DNA of 63,425 nucleotides, counting the filler, from Octopus bimaculoides (lineage: Eukaryota), in assembly GCF_001194135.2 (NCBI RefSeq). It is 4 parts of 4 records of this genome, joined end to end, with 100 filler letters (N's around TTAATTAATTAA, not from the genome) between each part and the next. Parts side by side here need not be neighbours in the genome. Positions count along the whole stretch, not along the records: positions 1 to 18,945 come from NC_068985.1; positions 19,046 to 43,967 come from NC_068997.1; 2 more parts are not named here. The stretch is one strand, 5' to 3'. Positions 11,520 through 22,800 of the stretch are shown here, piece after piece. Made by a program: the position numbers and the translations under genes. The notes beneath the pieces were generated by a model, which saw nothing but the letters and a program-made list of their open reading frames with translations, made no database searches and had not been told where the DNA came from. The stretch's first letter is position 1, and every line of letters starts with the position of its first letter.

Positions 11520-11690
11520 TTTGAGGGGAAGGGAAGGAGTACAGTCGAAGATTTTGACCTCACTATTTCACTGCTACTTCATTTTATCGACTTCGAAAAA
11601 ATGAGATGTAAAGTTAACCTCGGCGGGATTTCATCGAAAGGTCCGACAAAAAAGCTGCGAAGCCTTTTCACAGACGATCTAATGATCGCC
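11520..11690 (-). mobile_element. SINE family 1, decayed
   Basis: ttttatcgacttcgaaaaaatgagatgtaaagttaacctcggcgggattt resembles the reverse complement of the family 1 body. Confidence 0.6.
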
Positions 11691-12340
11691 GTCATTTTTC
11701 ACTACGAAATCTTAATGCTATATATTTAAAGATGTAGACTTGGTAGAGTATTGTTGGTGCCAGCATTTGGCTGGCACTTATTGCATTGCTGGTAAGCCAA
11801 CTACAGTGCCAGACACTAAAATGTCGGACGCTGGCGAGACACTACACTGCCGGATACACTGGTCAATGCAGTCCTAGAAATATTATCTCTAAGACTACCT
11901 TAAATAAAAAAAAATAATAAAAACAGCTTGAACAGCTACGATCAGAGGTTAGATCAAAGTTGGCATGGAGCTAAATACAACAACCACAGCCACAGCGACA
12001 GTAATCCCAGAAGGATGAATGGTAAGTTGACACAACCAGAATTCGAACGCAAATCCGAAACCCGAATCCGAACGCAAAAACACCATGGTCAAGTACTACG
12101 AGGCATTTCGTCCAACATTAATAATAGAAAAACAAGATAAAGCGATGCATACGATAAATGGTGTGGTGATATACTTGTTAAAAGACCAGCTTTACGATAT
12201 GTCCAATTCGGTGTACTTACTTGGATTGAGGTTTTACAGATGAGAACGAATATATGGAATGAAGTGTTTGTGAGAAGAAGTTTCATAGGCAGCTTGTGAA
12301 GATTCTCTTTTAGGCACATCTGTTGTTTGTCTCTGAAATG

Positions 12341-12412
<72 letters not shown>

Positions 12413-13075
12413 NNNNNNNNNNNNNNNNNNNNNNNNNNNNNNNNNNNNNNNNNNNNNNNNNNNNNNNNNNNNNNNNNNNNNNNNNNNNNNNNNNNNNNNN
12501 NNNNNNNNNNNNNNNNNNNNNNNNNNNNNNNNNNNNNNNNNNNNNNNNNNNNNNNNNNNNNNNNNNNNNNNNNNNNNNNNNNNNNNNNNNNNNNNNNNNN
12601 NNNNNNNNNNNNNNNNNNNNNNNNNNNNNNNNNNNNNNNNNNNNNNNNNNNNNNNNNNNNNNNNNNNNNNNNNNNNNNNNNNNNNNNNNNNNNNNNNNNN
12701 NNNNNNNNNNNNNNNNNNNNNNNNNNNNNNNNNNNNNNNNNNNNNNNNNNNNNNNNNNNNNNNNNNNNNNNNNNNNNNNNNNNNNNNNNNNNNNNNNNNN
12801 NNNNNNNNNNNNNNNNNNNNNNNNNNNNNNNNNNNNNNNNNNNNNNNNNNNNNNNNNNNNNNNNNNNNNNNNNNNNNNNNNNNNNNNNNNNNNNNNNNNN
12901 NNNNNNNNNNNNNNNNNNNNNNNNNNNNNNNNNNNNNNNNNNNNNNNNNNNNNNNNNNNNNNNNNNNNNNNNNNNNNNNNNNNNNNNNNNNNNNNNNNNN
13001 NNNNNNNNNNNNNNNNNNNNNNNNNNNNNNNNNNNNNNNNNNNNNNNNNNNNNNNNNNNNNNNNNNNNNNNNNNN

Positions 13076-13352
13076 GAATGTGGAATCTAAAAACAGAAAC
13101 AATTCCTATCATAGTAGGTGCCTTAGGTATAATAAAAAAATATTCAGACAAATACATAACAAAAATAGCAGGACTTACAAATATATATAACATACAGAAA
13201 ATTGCACTACTGGGTACTGCACACATCCTACGCAAAACACTTTCAATACAGTAAACATAAGAGCACCACAGCAAACCACAGCACATACCCAAGGCGCACA
13301 GAGCTGCGCTCGGTAGTGAAGTGAAAGCACGTTATAAAAATAAAACTACTGA
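13076..13352 (+). mobile_element. R4/Dong-like LINE 3' end, subfamily A (young), (AAT)n tail
   Basis: Reads MWNLKTETIPIIVGALGIIKKY...IQKIALLGTAHILRKTLSIQ*, then a short 3' UTR and (AAT)n; near-identical to 31699-31980 and to 58625-58925 (minus). Confidence 0.9.
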
Positions 13353-13399
13353 ATAATAATAATAATAATAATAATAATGATAATAATAATAATAATGAT

Positions 13400-13930
13400 A
13401 ATAATAATAAATGCCCTGATGCAATACCAGGTACTGGCTCTCAGAGGATCTGATCTTAACTGATTGGAAGTATTATTGTGCTTATGTTTTGTGTTGATAT
13501 AAAATATGGGCTACAGCAAATATTCTTCTCAATAGCACAGATTTGCTTGTCAGTTGTTTGACCTTAACTAGCTAAGCATGTCCCTTGGTGGATGACGATA
13601 TGTGTATCTCTGAGAACGAGAGGAAGTAGAGGGGAGCATCATAGCCATGTATTGAGAGGAATTCTTTGGGGTTTGACAATCCTCATTCAGGGGCCTTTTA
13701 AGTGGGATGGGCTACTCAGCTTGAAGAAACTTGTAAGTGTGCCCCACCTTGAAGGTCATGCGCTGTTTATCTTGATATGATATCACCATGTGGCGCACAT
13801 ATGGTTGTGATGCATGTGCATAGTGCGCCCTTATCAGACGGGTAGTGATGATGGGTATATTTTGGGCTTCGTATATATTACCCCAGAGTAACTTTGCTGG
13901 ATTGCACTGCCCTCTCACTCAGTGATAAGA
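13400..13930 (+). repeat. ~530-bp interspersed repeat starting directly after an (AAT)n tract; possibly a non-autonomous retroelement
   Basis: Begins atgccctgatgca immediately after (AAT)n; second partial copy at 4495-4810; no long ORF. Confidence 0.7.
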
Positions 13931-14002
13931 AAGACATGACCGAGTTGGCCAATATCTACACCTGTTAATATGTTTGTATTATAAAATCAAAACTGCTGAC
14001 AA

Positions 14003-14355
14003 ATGATAGAAGCACCACCCTGTAATTCAGGGAGAGAAAATGTAACGAATTTTTTTGACTTTCCAAAACATACAGACTGGATAATCAAAGCTAACAAACC
14101 TGATATTTTTGTGAAAGACCAAAATAATAAAGTTTGTTTATTGATTGACATGAGCATACTTTGTGATCATAATATCTCAGCAAAAGAATTTGATAAGCTC
14201 AGAAAATATAACGATTTGCTGATTGAAATCGAAAAAATGTGGCATCACCAGACGGTGAGAATACCAATAATTCTAGGAGCACTTGGAAGAAGTGCAAAAG
14301 ACTGTTTTAGCTGGTATGTCACGCGTATTGAGAAGAGCATTGTTGCTGTGAATTT
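14003..14355 (+). pseudogene. R4/Dong-like RLE fragment, subfamily D
   Basis: TDWIIKANKPDIFVKDQNNKVCLLIDMSILCDHNISAKEFDKLRKYNDLLIEIEKMW...IPIILGALG; 3' end gaagagcattgttgctgtgaatttt shared with 32000-32240. Confidence 0.85.
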
Positions 14356-16759
14356 TCCTACCCTTTCTCTCTTTTATTTTATTTTTCTATTTTTCATATT
14401 TTNNNNNNNNNNNNNNNNNNNNNNNNNNNNNNNNNNNNNNNNNNNNNNNNNNNNNNNNNNNNNNNNNNNNNNNNNNNNNNNNNNNNNNNNNNNNNNNNNN
14501 NNNNNNNNNNNNNNNNNNNNNNNNNNNNNNNNNNNNNNNNNNNNNNNNNNNNNNNNNNNNNNNNNNNNNNNNNNNNNNNNNNNNNNNNNNNNNNNNNNNN
14601 NNNNNNNNNNNNNNNNNNNNNNNNNNNNNNNNNNNNNNNNNNNNNNNNNNNNNNNNNNNNNNNNNNNNNNNNNNNNNNNNNNNNNNNNNNNNNNNNNNNN
14701 NNNNNNNNNNNNNNNNNNNNNNNNNNNNNNNNNNNNNNNNNNNNNNNNNNNNNNNNNNNNNNNNNNNNNNNNNNNNNNNNNNNNNNNNNNNNNNNNNNNN
14801 NNNNNNNNNNNNNNNNNNNNNNNNNNNNNNNNNNNNNNNNNNNNNNNNNNNNNNNNNNNNNNNNNNNNNNNNNNNNNNNNNNNNNNNNNNNNNNNNNNNN
14901 NNNNNNNNNNNNNNNNNNNNNNNNNNNNNNNNNNNNNNNNNNNNNNNNNNNNNNNNNNNNNNNNNNNNNNNNNNNNNNNNNNNNNNNNNNNNNNNNNNNN
15001 NNNNNNNNNNNNNNNNNNNNNNNNNNNNNNNNNNNNNNNNNNNNNNNNNNNNNNNNNNNNNNNNNNNNNNNNNNNNNNNNNNNNNNNNNNNNNNNNNNNN
15101 NNNATATATATATATATATATATACATATATATTATATACACAAATCGATGCGATATAGGCATATAATATGCACATATTCGAAGGTTGACAATTCATAGA
15201 CTGTGTACATTATGTTCAATTCGATAGACATCGTCAATTGTTTAAAAAGACAGTAATGCGACCACCAAACTAAAAGGCCTCGCTGCTGGAGATGTCGAAA
15301 AACTTTTTGTTATCTCTGATTCTATCACATTTGTTGGCTTCATAGTTTTGTCTGCTTGAATGTTCATTCAGTCTGGTATCTCTGAATGATTGAAAGAAGT
15401 CCAGAATATTTTTTTTTTTTTTCATTTTAACAAATGATTACGAAACAACATTAAAAAAAAAAATGTTCTGTTATGAATGAATTAACTTATAAGACTGTCG
15501 ACTGCTGTAGCATGCAAGTTAAGAAGAAATTGCCATTTCTAAACTCAACTTTGATTCCTTTTCTTAGAAGAGAAGAAGAGACTGTGAGTGGTTCCACGTG
15601 ACCCTTTCACACTCAGCATAGGAGATGCTGAGAGAGTGAAAGAGAGAGGGATTAAGATATTGCTAATCGGCCGCCTTATATCTCAAATTAGTCACTACAA
15701 ATTCTTTCTACTTTATGGTTGTGGTTGTCTTGTTAGATTCCAACATGCTGAAATAACACTAGCTTATCATTTGTTTCCGGTAGCGTGTACATTTAAAATT
15801 GGTTCCTTGTAGCAGTATTATAGTTTCTATTAAATTTCTTCAGAGTTATATTTAATTATGTTTAGTCACATCTTGTCACTTCATAAGTCTTTTCTGACAA
15901 TCTTATTTAATTTTCTTCAATTTGGTGTGAAGTTGCACCAATTTGGAGTAAAATTTATAAATGAGAATGAAGTTGGCATCAGCTTGTTATACTTGGTTGC
16001 AATCAGTTTCTCATCAATCATATAGGCAAACATTGTTGTCACTAAGACCGCTAATGATGCGTGCGGTTGGTTGGTTTACTTGTGAAAAGTGATAATTAAA
16101 ACAACAAAAAGAAAATATCTCATCCGTTAATTTTATTTTTCTATGTTGACAATATTCTATTTTGAATTGTTGAAATCTACCACTGGTATTGCTGTAGGGA
16201 ACATAATTTTGAATATGATAATAATGCTGTAAGCGTCGAAACCATCACACAAGTTCCACATTACAAGGAAAAACAATTCTGTCCTCATTGTACTTCCTAC
16301 TACTGTAGATGTTATTTTGTCATTCTTTTTACTCTTACTCCTATCAATAGAAATTAAATGCATTCTAGTAGTGTTTACACTTTTAGGTGAGAGACTTGAG
16401 ATGCCACTTACAAGCAATATTTCGTTTATATAACGAAGGAAGAAGAGTGATGGCTTAGCAGAATTCGTAAGGTGGGAGGATAAATTAGCATGTGGTATTA
16501 ATCAGAATACTACTACCGTTCAACCTTCCTGGGTCGATAAAACACAAATCAAATACTGGAGTCGATATGATTGACTGTACTCGCTCCAACCAAACAGTGG
16601 TATATCCTTGTAGCAAAATTATTATAACTGAAAAGCGTATATTCTCGGAGTCGAACGTGTCGGCAACTATGACCACTGGGCAATATGCCAACAATTTTAC
16701 GAGCAAACAAAGTGTTATAAATATATACGAAAAACCTTAGATGGCAACTACTTGGCTAC

Positions 16760-17100
16760 AATAATCTAGAATATGTTTGTCCAGACTGAAAAGGATACCA
16801 ATGCAAACTGTCCAGATATAATTATCAAAACTGGAAACAAAATCTTTCTGATAGACATTACAATTTCATTTGACCCAAATATTGCCCAAAAGGAAATGGA
16901 AACTGTAAAAGTACAGGAATCTTAAAATTGAAATAAATACGATGTGAAGCATGAAAATATAAGCAATACTAGTGACAAATGGAGCCCTAGTTGTGATAAA
17001 AGGAGAAACAACCAGATAATATTGATGCCATTGATTAGAACTTTACACAGAGTCCAAATATAACCCCGTTAGGCACAGGCGTTATCCTAAGCAATAAGCT
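16760..17100 (+). pseudogene. Decayed R4/Dong-like RLE fragment
   Basis: QTEKDTNANCPDIIIKTGNKIFLIDITISFDPNIAQKEME..KYRNLKIEI. Confidence 0.75.
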
Positions 17101-17419
17101 TTCAATTCTGTAGCAGCACAAAATTTACATCCGACCCTAAAGTGCATAACTCCAATCACACGGCATATATAAATCACCTGCACCGTACAACAAAATAACA
17201 CAGCTCATATTGCACATGTACTTCACAACTGTCTAAACATAAAATGATATTAGAGATAAACAAAAGAAATTTCACAACAAACCCAAACCGATATAGTGAG
17301 CAAATACAATTTTACACCCAGAAAAGTAAATGATGCGCACACATTACGAACGCAGAAACGGGTAGTAAAACAAAGTGCCAAATAACCACCCTTTGTATTT
17401 GGCCAGCCTCAGAATGTTC

Positions 17420-18030
17420 ACCGCAGATGAAAAACAACTAGAAACACTGCTACAGACAGTAGACATTCTAGACGAAATGATATAAGAATCGATTTTAAAA
17501 AATGTGCCAAGACAACCTTAAAAGAGTGGAAAATTAATTAAAAGCAATAATATTATGTTAGATAAAGAAATGGAGATAAAAGAATTAGATAAAACACAGA
17601 CATATAAATATCTAGAAGTAGTGAATTAGCTAACGTAAAACGTGCACAAATGAAAGAAAAGATCAGGAAGGAATATTATAGATACAGTCGATTAATACTT
17701 AAAACAGAGCTCAATGCAAAAAAATAAGATAACAGGCCTCAATACTGTAGTTGTCCCAGTGATAAGTTAAAGCTAAATAATAAGTTAGTGCAAAATAAAC
17801 TAGCAGCACTAGAAAGTAAAACAAGAAAAATATTGACCACATTTAGAATATACCACCCAAAATCTGATGCAGGAAGATTATGTTTACTGTGAATACAGTA
17901 TGAAAAGGGGTTCTGCCGTTAGAATACTATTATAAAATATCCAATGCTGGATTACAAAATATCTACCAAACAACGTTGGAAAATTAAAACATGTAGCTGC
18001 AAAATACGAGCAGAAAAAAAATACCAAGGG
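17420..18030 (+). pseudogene. Decayed R4/Dong-like RT C-terminal/thumb fragment
   Basis: Frameshifted reading: QLETLLQTV..KKCAK..TYKYLEV..KEKIRKEYY..LILKTELNAKNKI..LNT..VPVI..ESKTRKILT..HPKSD. Confidence 0.8.
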
Positions 18031-18057
18031 TGCTAACGATTCCGCCAGCTTGGCGCC

Positions 18058-18124
<67 letters not shown>

Positions 18125-18868
18125 GCGGAAACGGAGGGTCTAATCTGTGCTGCCCAAGAGCAAGCACTAAGAACAAAGTATATAAAATACAGAATAGACA
18201 ACACATTAGAAGTGATAAGTGCAGAATGTGTGGACAAAACGGTAAAACAGTATGGCATATTACCAGCCAATGTACGCCACTAGCCCAGAAGAAATATAAG
18301 AGACGCCACGACAATATAGCCACGCTTGTCCATTGGACACTTTGCAACAAGTATGGACTTGAGAGAGCAAAAAATTGGTTCGACCTCAAACATGAAAGCA
18401 TCGACAAAAATGGAAATGCAAAGATCCTATGGGATCTAATGATTCAGTGCGACCATGAGATAGAGAATAGGAAGCCAGACATAGTCTTAATTGAGAAAGA
18501 AAACAAACTATGCTGGATCATAGACATAGCATGCCCAGCTGACGACAAGGTATACGATAAGGAAGAAAGAAAAGTCGTTAGATATTACAGGTTAGCTTGG
18601 GAAGTTAAGCAGTTGTGGTCGATGAAAAAGGTAGCAGTAGTACCAATAATTGTCGGAGCCCTGGAAACAGTGAGCAAAAATCTCGAGAAGTACGTCGAAC
18701 AAATAGGGGCTGCAATAAGGGTGGAGCACTTGCCGAAAACAGCACTGCTTGGAACCGCCCGAATACTCCGGAAGGTGCTCGAAAAATACGAGGTGTTATC
18801 TTAGTTCCCTGGTAGTGAACAGCTGACACCGCAGTACATCTCCAGCGTTAGAAGCTGTGCAAAGGCAA
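18125..18868 (+). mobile_element. 5'-truncated R4/Dong-like LINE, subfamily B: CCHC knuckle plus RLE, flanked by (AAT)n on both sides
   Basis: TEGLICAAQEQALRT then (frameshift) ORF 18226-18804 CRMCGQNGKTVWHITSQC...RRHD...WDLMIQCDHEIENRKPDIV...IDIACP...VPIIVGALE...ALLGTARILRKVLE; (AAT)n at 18061-18124 and 18868-18890. Confidence 0.92.
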
Positions 18869-19045
18869 TAATAATAATAATAATAATAATGAGAAGAAGA
18901 ATCCTTTCTATCATAAGCACAAGGCCTGAAATTTGGTGGGAGGGANNNNNNNNNNNNNNNNNNNNNNNNNNNNNNNNNNNNNNNNNNNNTTAATTAATTA
19001 ANNNNNNNNNNNNNNNNNNNNNNNNNNNNNNNNNNNNNNNNNNNN

Positions 19046-19084
<39 letters not shown>

Positions 19085-20648
19085 ATATATGTGTATATAT
19101 GTATACATATAGCGATTTTATATTGCATAACTTTGGAGGAATACAATAGACAAAAATGTGGTGGGTGTATGTATCGTTATTAGTGAGGCCATTGGGCTGG
19201 AGGTGGAGCTTCGAACGAGTAATGGTTTATATTAAGAAAAACAGTCATTGGGTTGGTTTAGGTGTGTACCTTTGCATAATTGTGCTACTTTAACCGAAAG
19301 GGTGAAGAAGCGGTCTTTGTGTGATAACAATGATATTACTGATGAAGACTTGACGTTCTTGTATCATGTTGGAGACGAACGCGTTGACGGTGACGCTGGT
19401 TCGTCCTATAAATGATTGCTTGCTTGTTTCGGTTGGTGCCGACTGCAATGATGGTATATTTTGACTTTTTTTTCTTCTTTTCTTGTATGACTTTTTGTTA
19501 CTTTATTCAGGTGATGTTCAAAAGTTCTACGACGGTGAATCGAAATATGGGTGGCAACAGGTCGGGTTGTGTGGGCGATGACTGCTTGATGAATTAGCGA
19601 GTTGATAAATGGCGGAGATGCAGAGAATTCAGTGTATTGTTCTTCTAATGCTTCCCCAATTGCCTGCTTCCAATAAATTGCATCTTTTTTCCCGATAATT
19701 GTAATATGTACGTATATATATATATATATATATNNNNNNNNNNNNNNNNNNNNNNNNNNNNNNNNNNNNNNNNNNNNNNNNNNNNNNNNNNNNNNNNNNN
19801 NNNNNNNNNNNNNNNNNNNNNNNNNNNNNNNNNNNNNNNNNNNNNNNNNNNNNNNNNNNNNNNNNNNNNNNNNNNNNNNNNNNNNNNNNNNNNNNNNNNN
19901 NNNNNNNNNNNNNNNNNNNNNNNNNNNNNNNNNNNNNNNNNNNNNNNNNNNNNNNNNNNNNNNNNNNNNNNNNNNNNNNNNNNNNNNNNNNNNNNNNNNN
20001 NNNNNNNNNNNNNNNNNNNNNNNNNNNNNNNNNNNNNNNNNNNNNNNNNNNNNNNNNNNNNNNNNNNNNNNNNNNNNNNNNNNNNNNNNNNNNNNNNNNN
20101 NNNNNNNNNNNNNNNNNNNNNNNNNNNNNNNNNNNNNNNNNNNNNNNNNNNNNNNNNNNNNNNNNNNNNNNNNNNNNNNNNNNNNNNNNNNNNNNNNNNN
20201 NNNNNNNNNNNNNNNNNNNNNNNNNNNNNNNNNNNNNNNNNNNNNNNNNNNNNNNNNNNNNNNNNNNNNNNNNNNNNNNNNNNNNNNNNNNNNNNNNNNN
20301 NNNNNNNNNNNNNNNNNNNNNNNNNNNNNNNNNNNNNNNNNNNNNNNNNNNNNNNNNNNNNNNNNNNNNNNNNNNAATATGTATATATACATATATTTAT
20401 ATGTATATACACAAATATATGTACACACACACACACACCTATATATATATATATGTATGCATACACTCACACACACACACACACACGGATACACATATAT
20501 ACACGCATAGTTTCATAAATACTTCCACGTCTATAGCATTTCATGCGCTACAAATGTTTCATATGAGCCAATGTTTATTCGCTTGTCCCATTGTCTATCA
20601 TCCACTCTCTGAGGAATATCTAGACAGAATATAGATTCTTCTATCTAC

Positions 20649-20728
<80 letters not shown>

Positions 20729-21424
20729 CTATCTATACATTTATCTATCTAACTAACTATTTTATATATACAGTAACAATATTTTGGCAACTCAAAACAC
20801 AGATGCCGTTAAAGAACCACGCCATATATTTATGACGAAATTTTTTGACATTTAATATTATATAATATCACTAGAAAATAAAAACAAAAGAAATATAATG
20901 GTATTCGTTTGCTTTGAATTGCTACCGTAGCAATTACACAATATAGTTATTATATATATATAAATACAAGATCTAACTCGGTATTATAAAGATAGCGTAG
21001 TGGTGGAGTCGTATGAATATATAAGTAGGGATAATATTCAGTATATTTTTGCAGGCATAGAAATGTGGTTAAGAGACTCGTTTTGCAGCCTCAGTCCCAG
21101 CTCGCAATCCTGGGCCAATCAATGCCGTCCGACTGAATTAGGCAAATGGAACTTGTGGAAGCCCGTCCTGTGTGTCTGCACGTATCGTTATGTGTCTATT
21201 GGACCCTCCATTGATGCATGACCACCGGTGGTGTGAGAAGCTATTTGAAACGAGGACGGTGTAGTATGTACTAAGCTTTAAAAGTTGTTTTGAGATGAAT
21301 CTACTCGCAAAAAAAAAAGAAGAAAAACTTGATGACGGTGCTCAAACCTGGCCGTAATCCAAAACATTTATGAAATAAGTCCATGTTTAAACGCATCAAA
21401 TCAAGGTGGTAAATGAGATGGCTG

Positions 21425-21461
<37 letters not shown>

Positions 21462-21471
21462 TATGTATATA

Positions 21472-21800
21472 CAGGAGTTGGACAAAATAATGGAAACACC
21501 TTAAAATTTGAAACAAATTTATTTTAATACGGGTAGGACCGCCTTTGGCAGTAATTACAGCTTGAATTCTACGAGGTATGGGCTCGTACAAAGTTTCAAT
21601 TGTTTCCAAAGGAGTTTTTGTCCATTCTTCACCTAAAACAGTCTCCAGTTCTTGTAGTGATGATGGTGAAAGATTTCGACTCCTTACTTGTTTTTCTAAG
21701 ATGCACCATAAATGTTCAATAATACCGAGGTCTAGGGACTGTGGTGGCCAAATAAGGTGTTCAACTTCACTAGAATGTTCCTCGTACCATTCAATAACAA
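21472..21800 (-). mobile_element. Tc1-like transposon 3' fragment with terminal inverted repeat
   Basis: TA|CAGGAGTTGGACAAAATAATGGAAACACC terminus; minus strand EHLIWPPQSLDLGIIEHLW...PRRIQAVITAKGGPT. Confidence 0.9.
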
Positions 21801-21832
21801 CTATATGTATGCTCGACTATTCTGATACACAC

Positions 21833-21863
<31 letters not shown>

Positions 21864-21864
21864 T

Positions 21865-22025
21865 GTACGAGGGCTTTCAGTTACCGTCAACAAATCCACA
21901 AGGCTTTCATTGGCCCGAGGCTATAGCAGAAGATACTTGCTGAAGGTAGCATATAGTGAGACTGAACTAGGAACCATCTGGTTAGAAAGCAAGCTTCCTA
22001 CCACATAGCCACGCATGCACCTATT
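21865..22025 (-). mobile_element. SINE family 2 (tgtggtaagaagcttgcttcccaaccac head), truncated
   Basis: Reverse complement matches the 5' part of the fuller copy at 44820-45200. Confidence 0.75.
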
Positions 22026-22379
22026 TATAACGTATCTTAAAATAAAATAAAAAAATACAAACCTTATGAAAGAAAGTTTTGGGGTCGAGTAACCGTTTCC
22101 GGAGAAGCTGAAAATAGCTAAAAGTGCTTACACAATACGAAATATTCTTTCCCTATGGATTTTGTCATTCCGTCTTCTTAACGATTTCTTTCAACATCAA
22201 TAAAATTGTTGTTTCAACTTTCTGTTACGCTGAGTTACCGTCAGTCAGTTGTTTTGTTAAGGTTGTATGACTGAGGCGACATGAAATCCATACATGATGG
22301 ACTGACTAGATCCACTGCCATGTCTTAGCATTCTAACATGAACATCTAGAAGCAAGTATTTTGACAAGCTTGCGAATTA

Positions 22380-22800
22380 CAGAGGTGTTTGTGTTAGGGG
22401 AACAAGTATAGCTAACATTAATGTAGTTTCTATCTAATATCTCCAATCGATATTATTAGTTGCATTACTCAGTAATAATAATCTTGACGCTTAAAGGCAA
22501 ATGGGTTCTGTGAACCAGAAATGTTTACGAGGCCTTTTGCTAGACCTTAAAAGCTGTGATTTTGGAGTTGTATCATATTTTCTCGTCAAAGCCGTTGTTA
22601 GGTAAAGCGTTATTATCAAAAGGGCGCTCCTTATCAAATTTATATTCAAAAGACGACATGCTTGATAGTCTTCTATTGATATTTCTAAGTAGACTTTTAA
22701 ACACCGAGCGGTTGGTTAGAATGTATATTAATGTGCATCATTTTATCATCAGGTTTAATAAAGGGTCTATATGAGACAGTTACTAAAGTGTGTATATGTA
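22380..22800 (-). pseudogene. Decayed Penelope-like RT thumb/linker fragment
   Basis: Minus strand: YRPFIKPDDKMMHINIHSNQP / FKSLLRNINRRLSSMSS..NNAL..GF / RPRKHFWF / YINVSYTCSPN, in PLE motif order. Confidence 0.7.

Noticed and set aside
12089-13292. Long ORFs of 200-400 aa in the track (also at 14-15, 19-20, 23-28, 34, 48 and 60-61 kb)
   Set aside because: They are open only because they cross N-gaps and stop-free microsatellites.
15720-16400. Possible decayed Penelope ORF N-terminus on the minus strand
   Set aside because: Only vague compositional resemblance with many stops; no diagnostic motif.
18990-19001. TTAATTAATTAA island inside Ns (also 44012-44023 and 59033-59044)
   Set aside because: Identical palindromic 12-mer with stop codons in all six frames, centred in N-runs of ~44 bp per side (about 100 bp total): a scaffolding placeholder, not biology.
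19236-19412. Short open frame ...RCVPLHNCATLTERVKKRSLCDNNDITDEDLTFLYHVGDERVDGDAGSSYK* with a dibasic site (neuropeptide-like)
   Set aside because: About 59 codons with no ATG and a weak acceptor; the opposite strand shows faint RT-like words, so chance or decayed TE is as likely. RNA-seq or TBLASTN could revive it.
22060-22200. Hammerhead-like GAAACGGTTA on the minus strand downstream of the PLE fragment
   Set aside because: No recognisable CTGANGA core and poor stem I; too degenerate to call.
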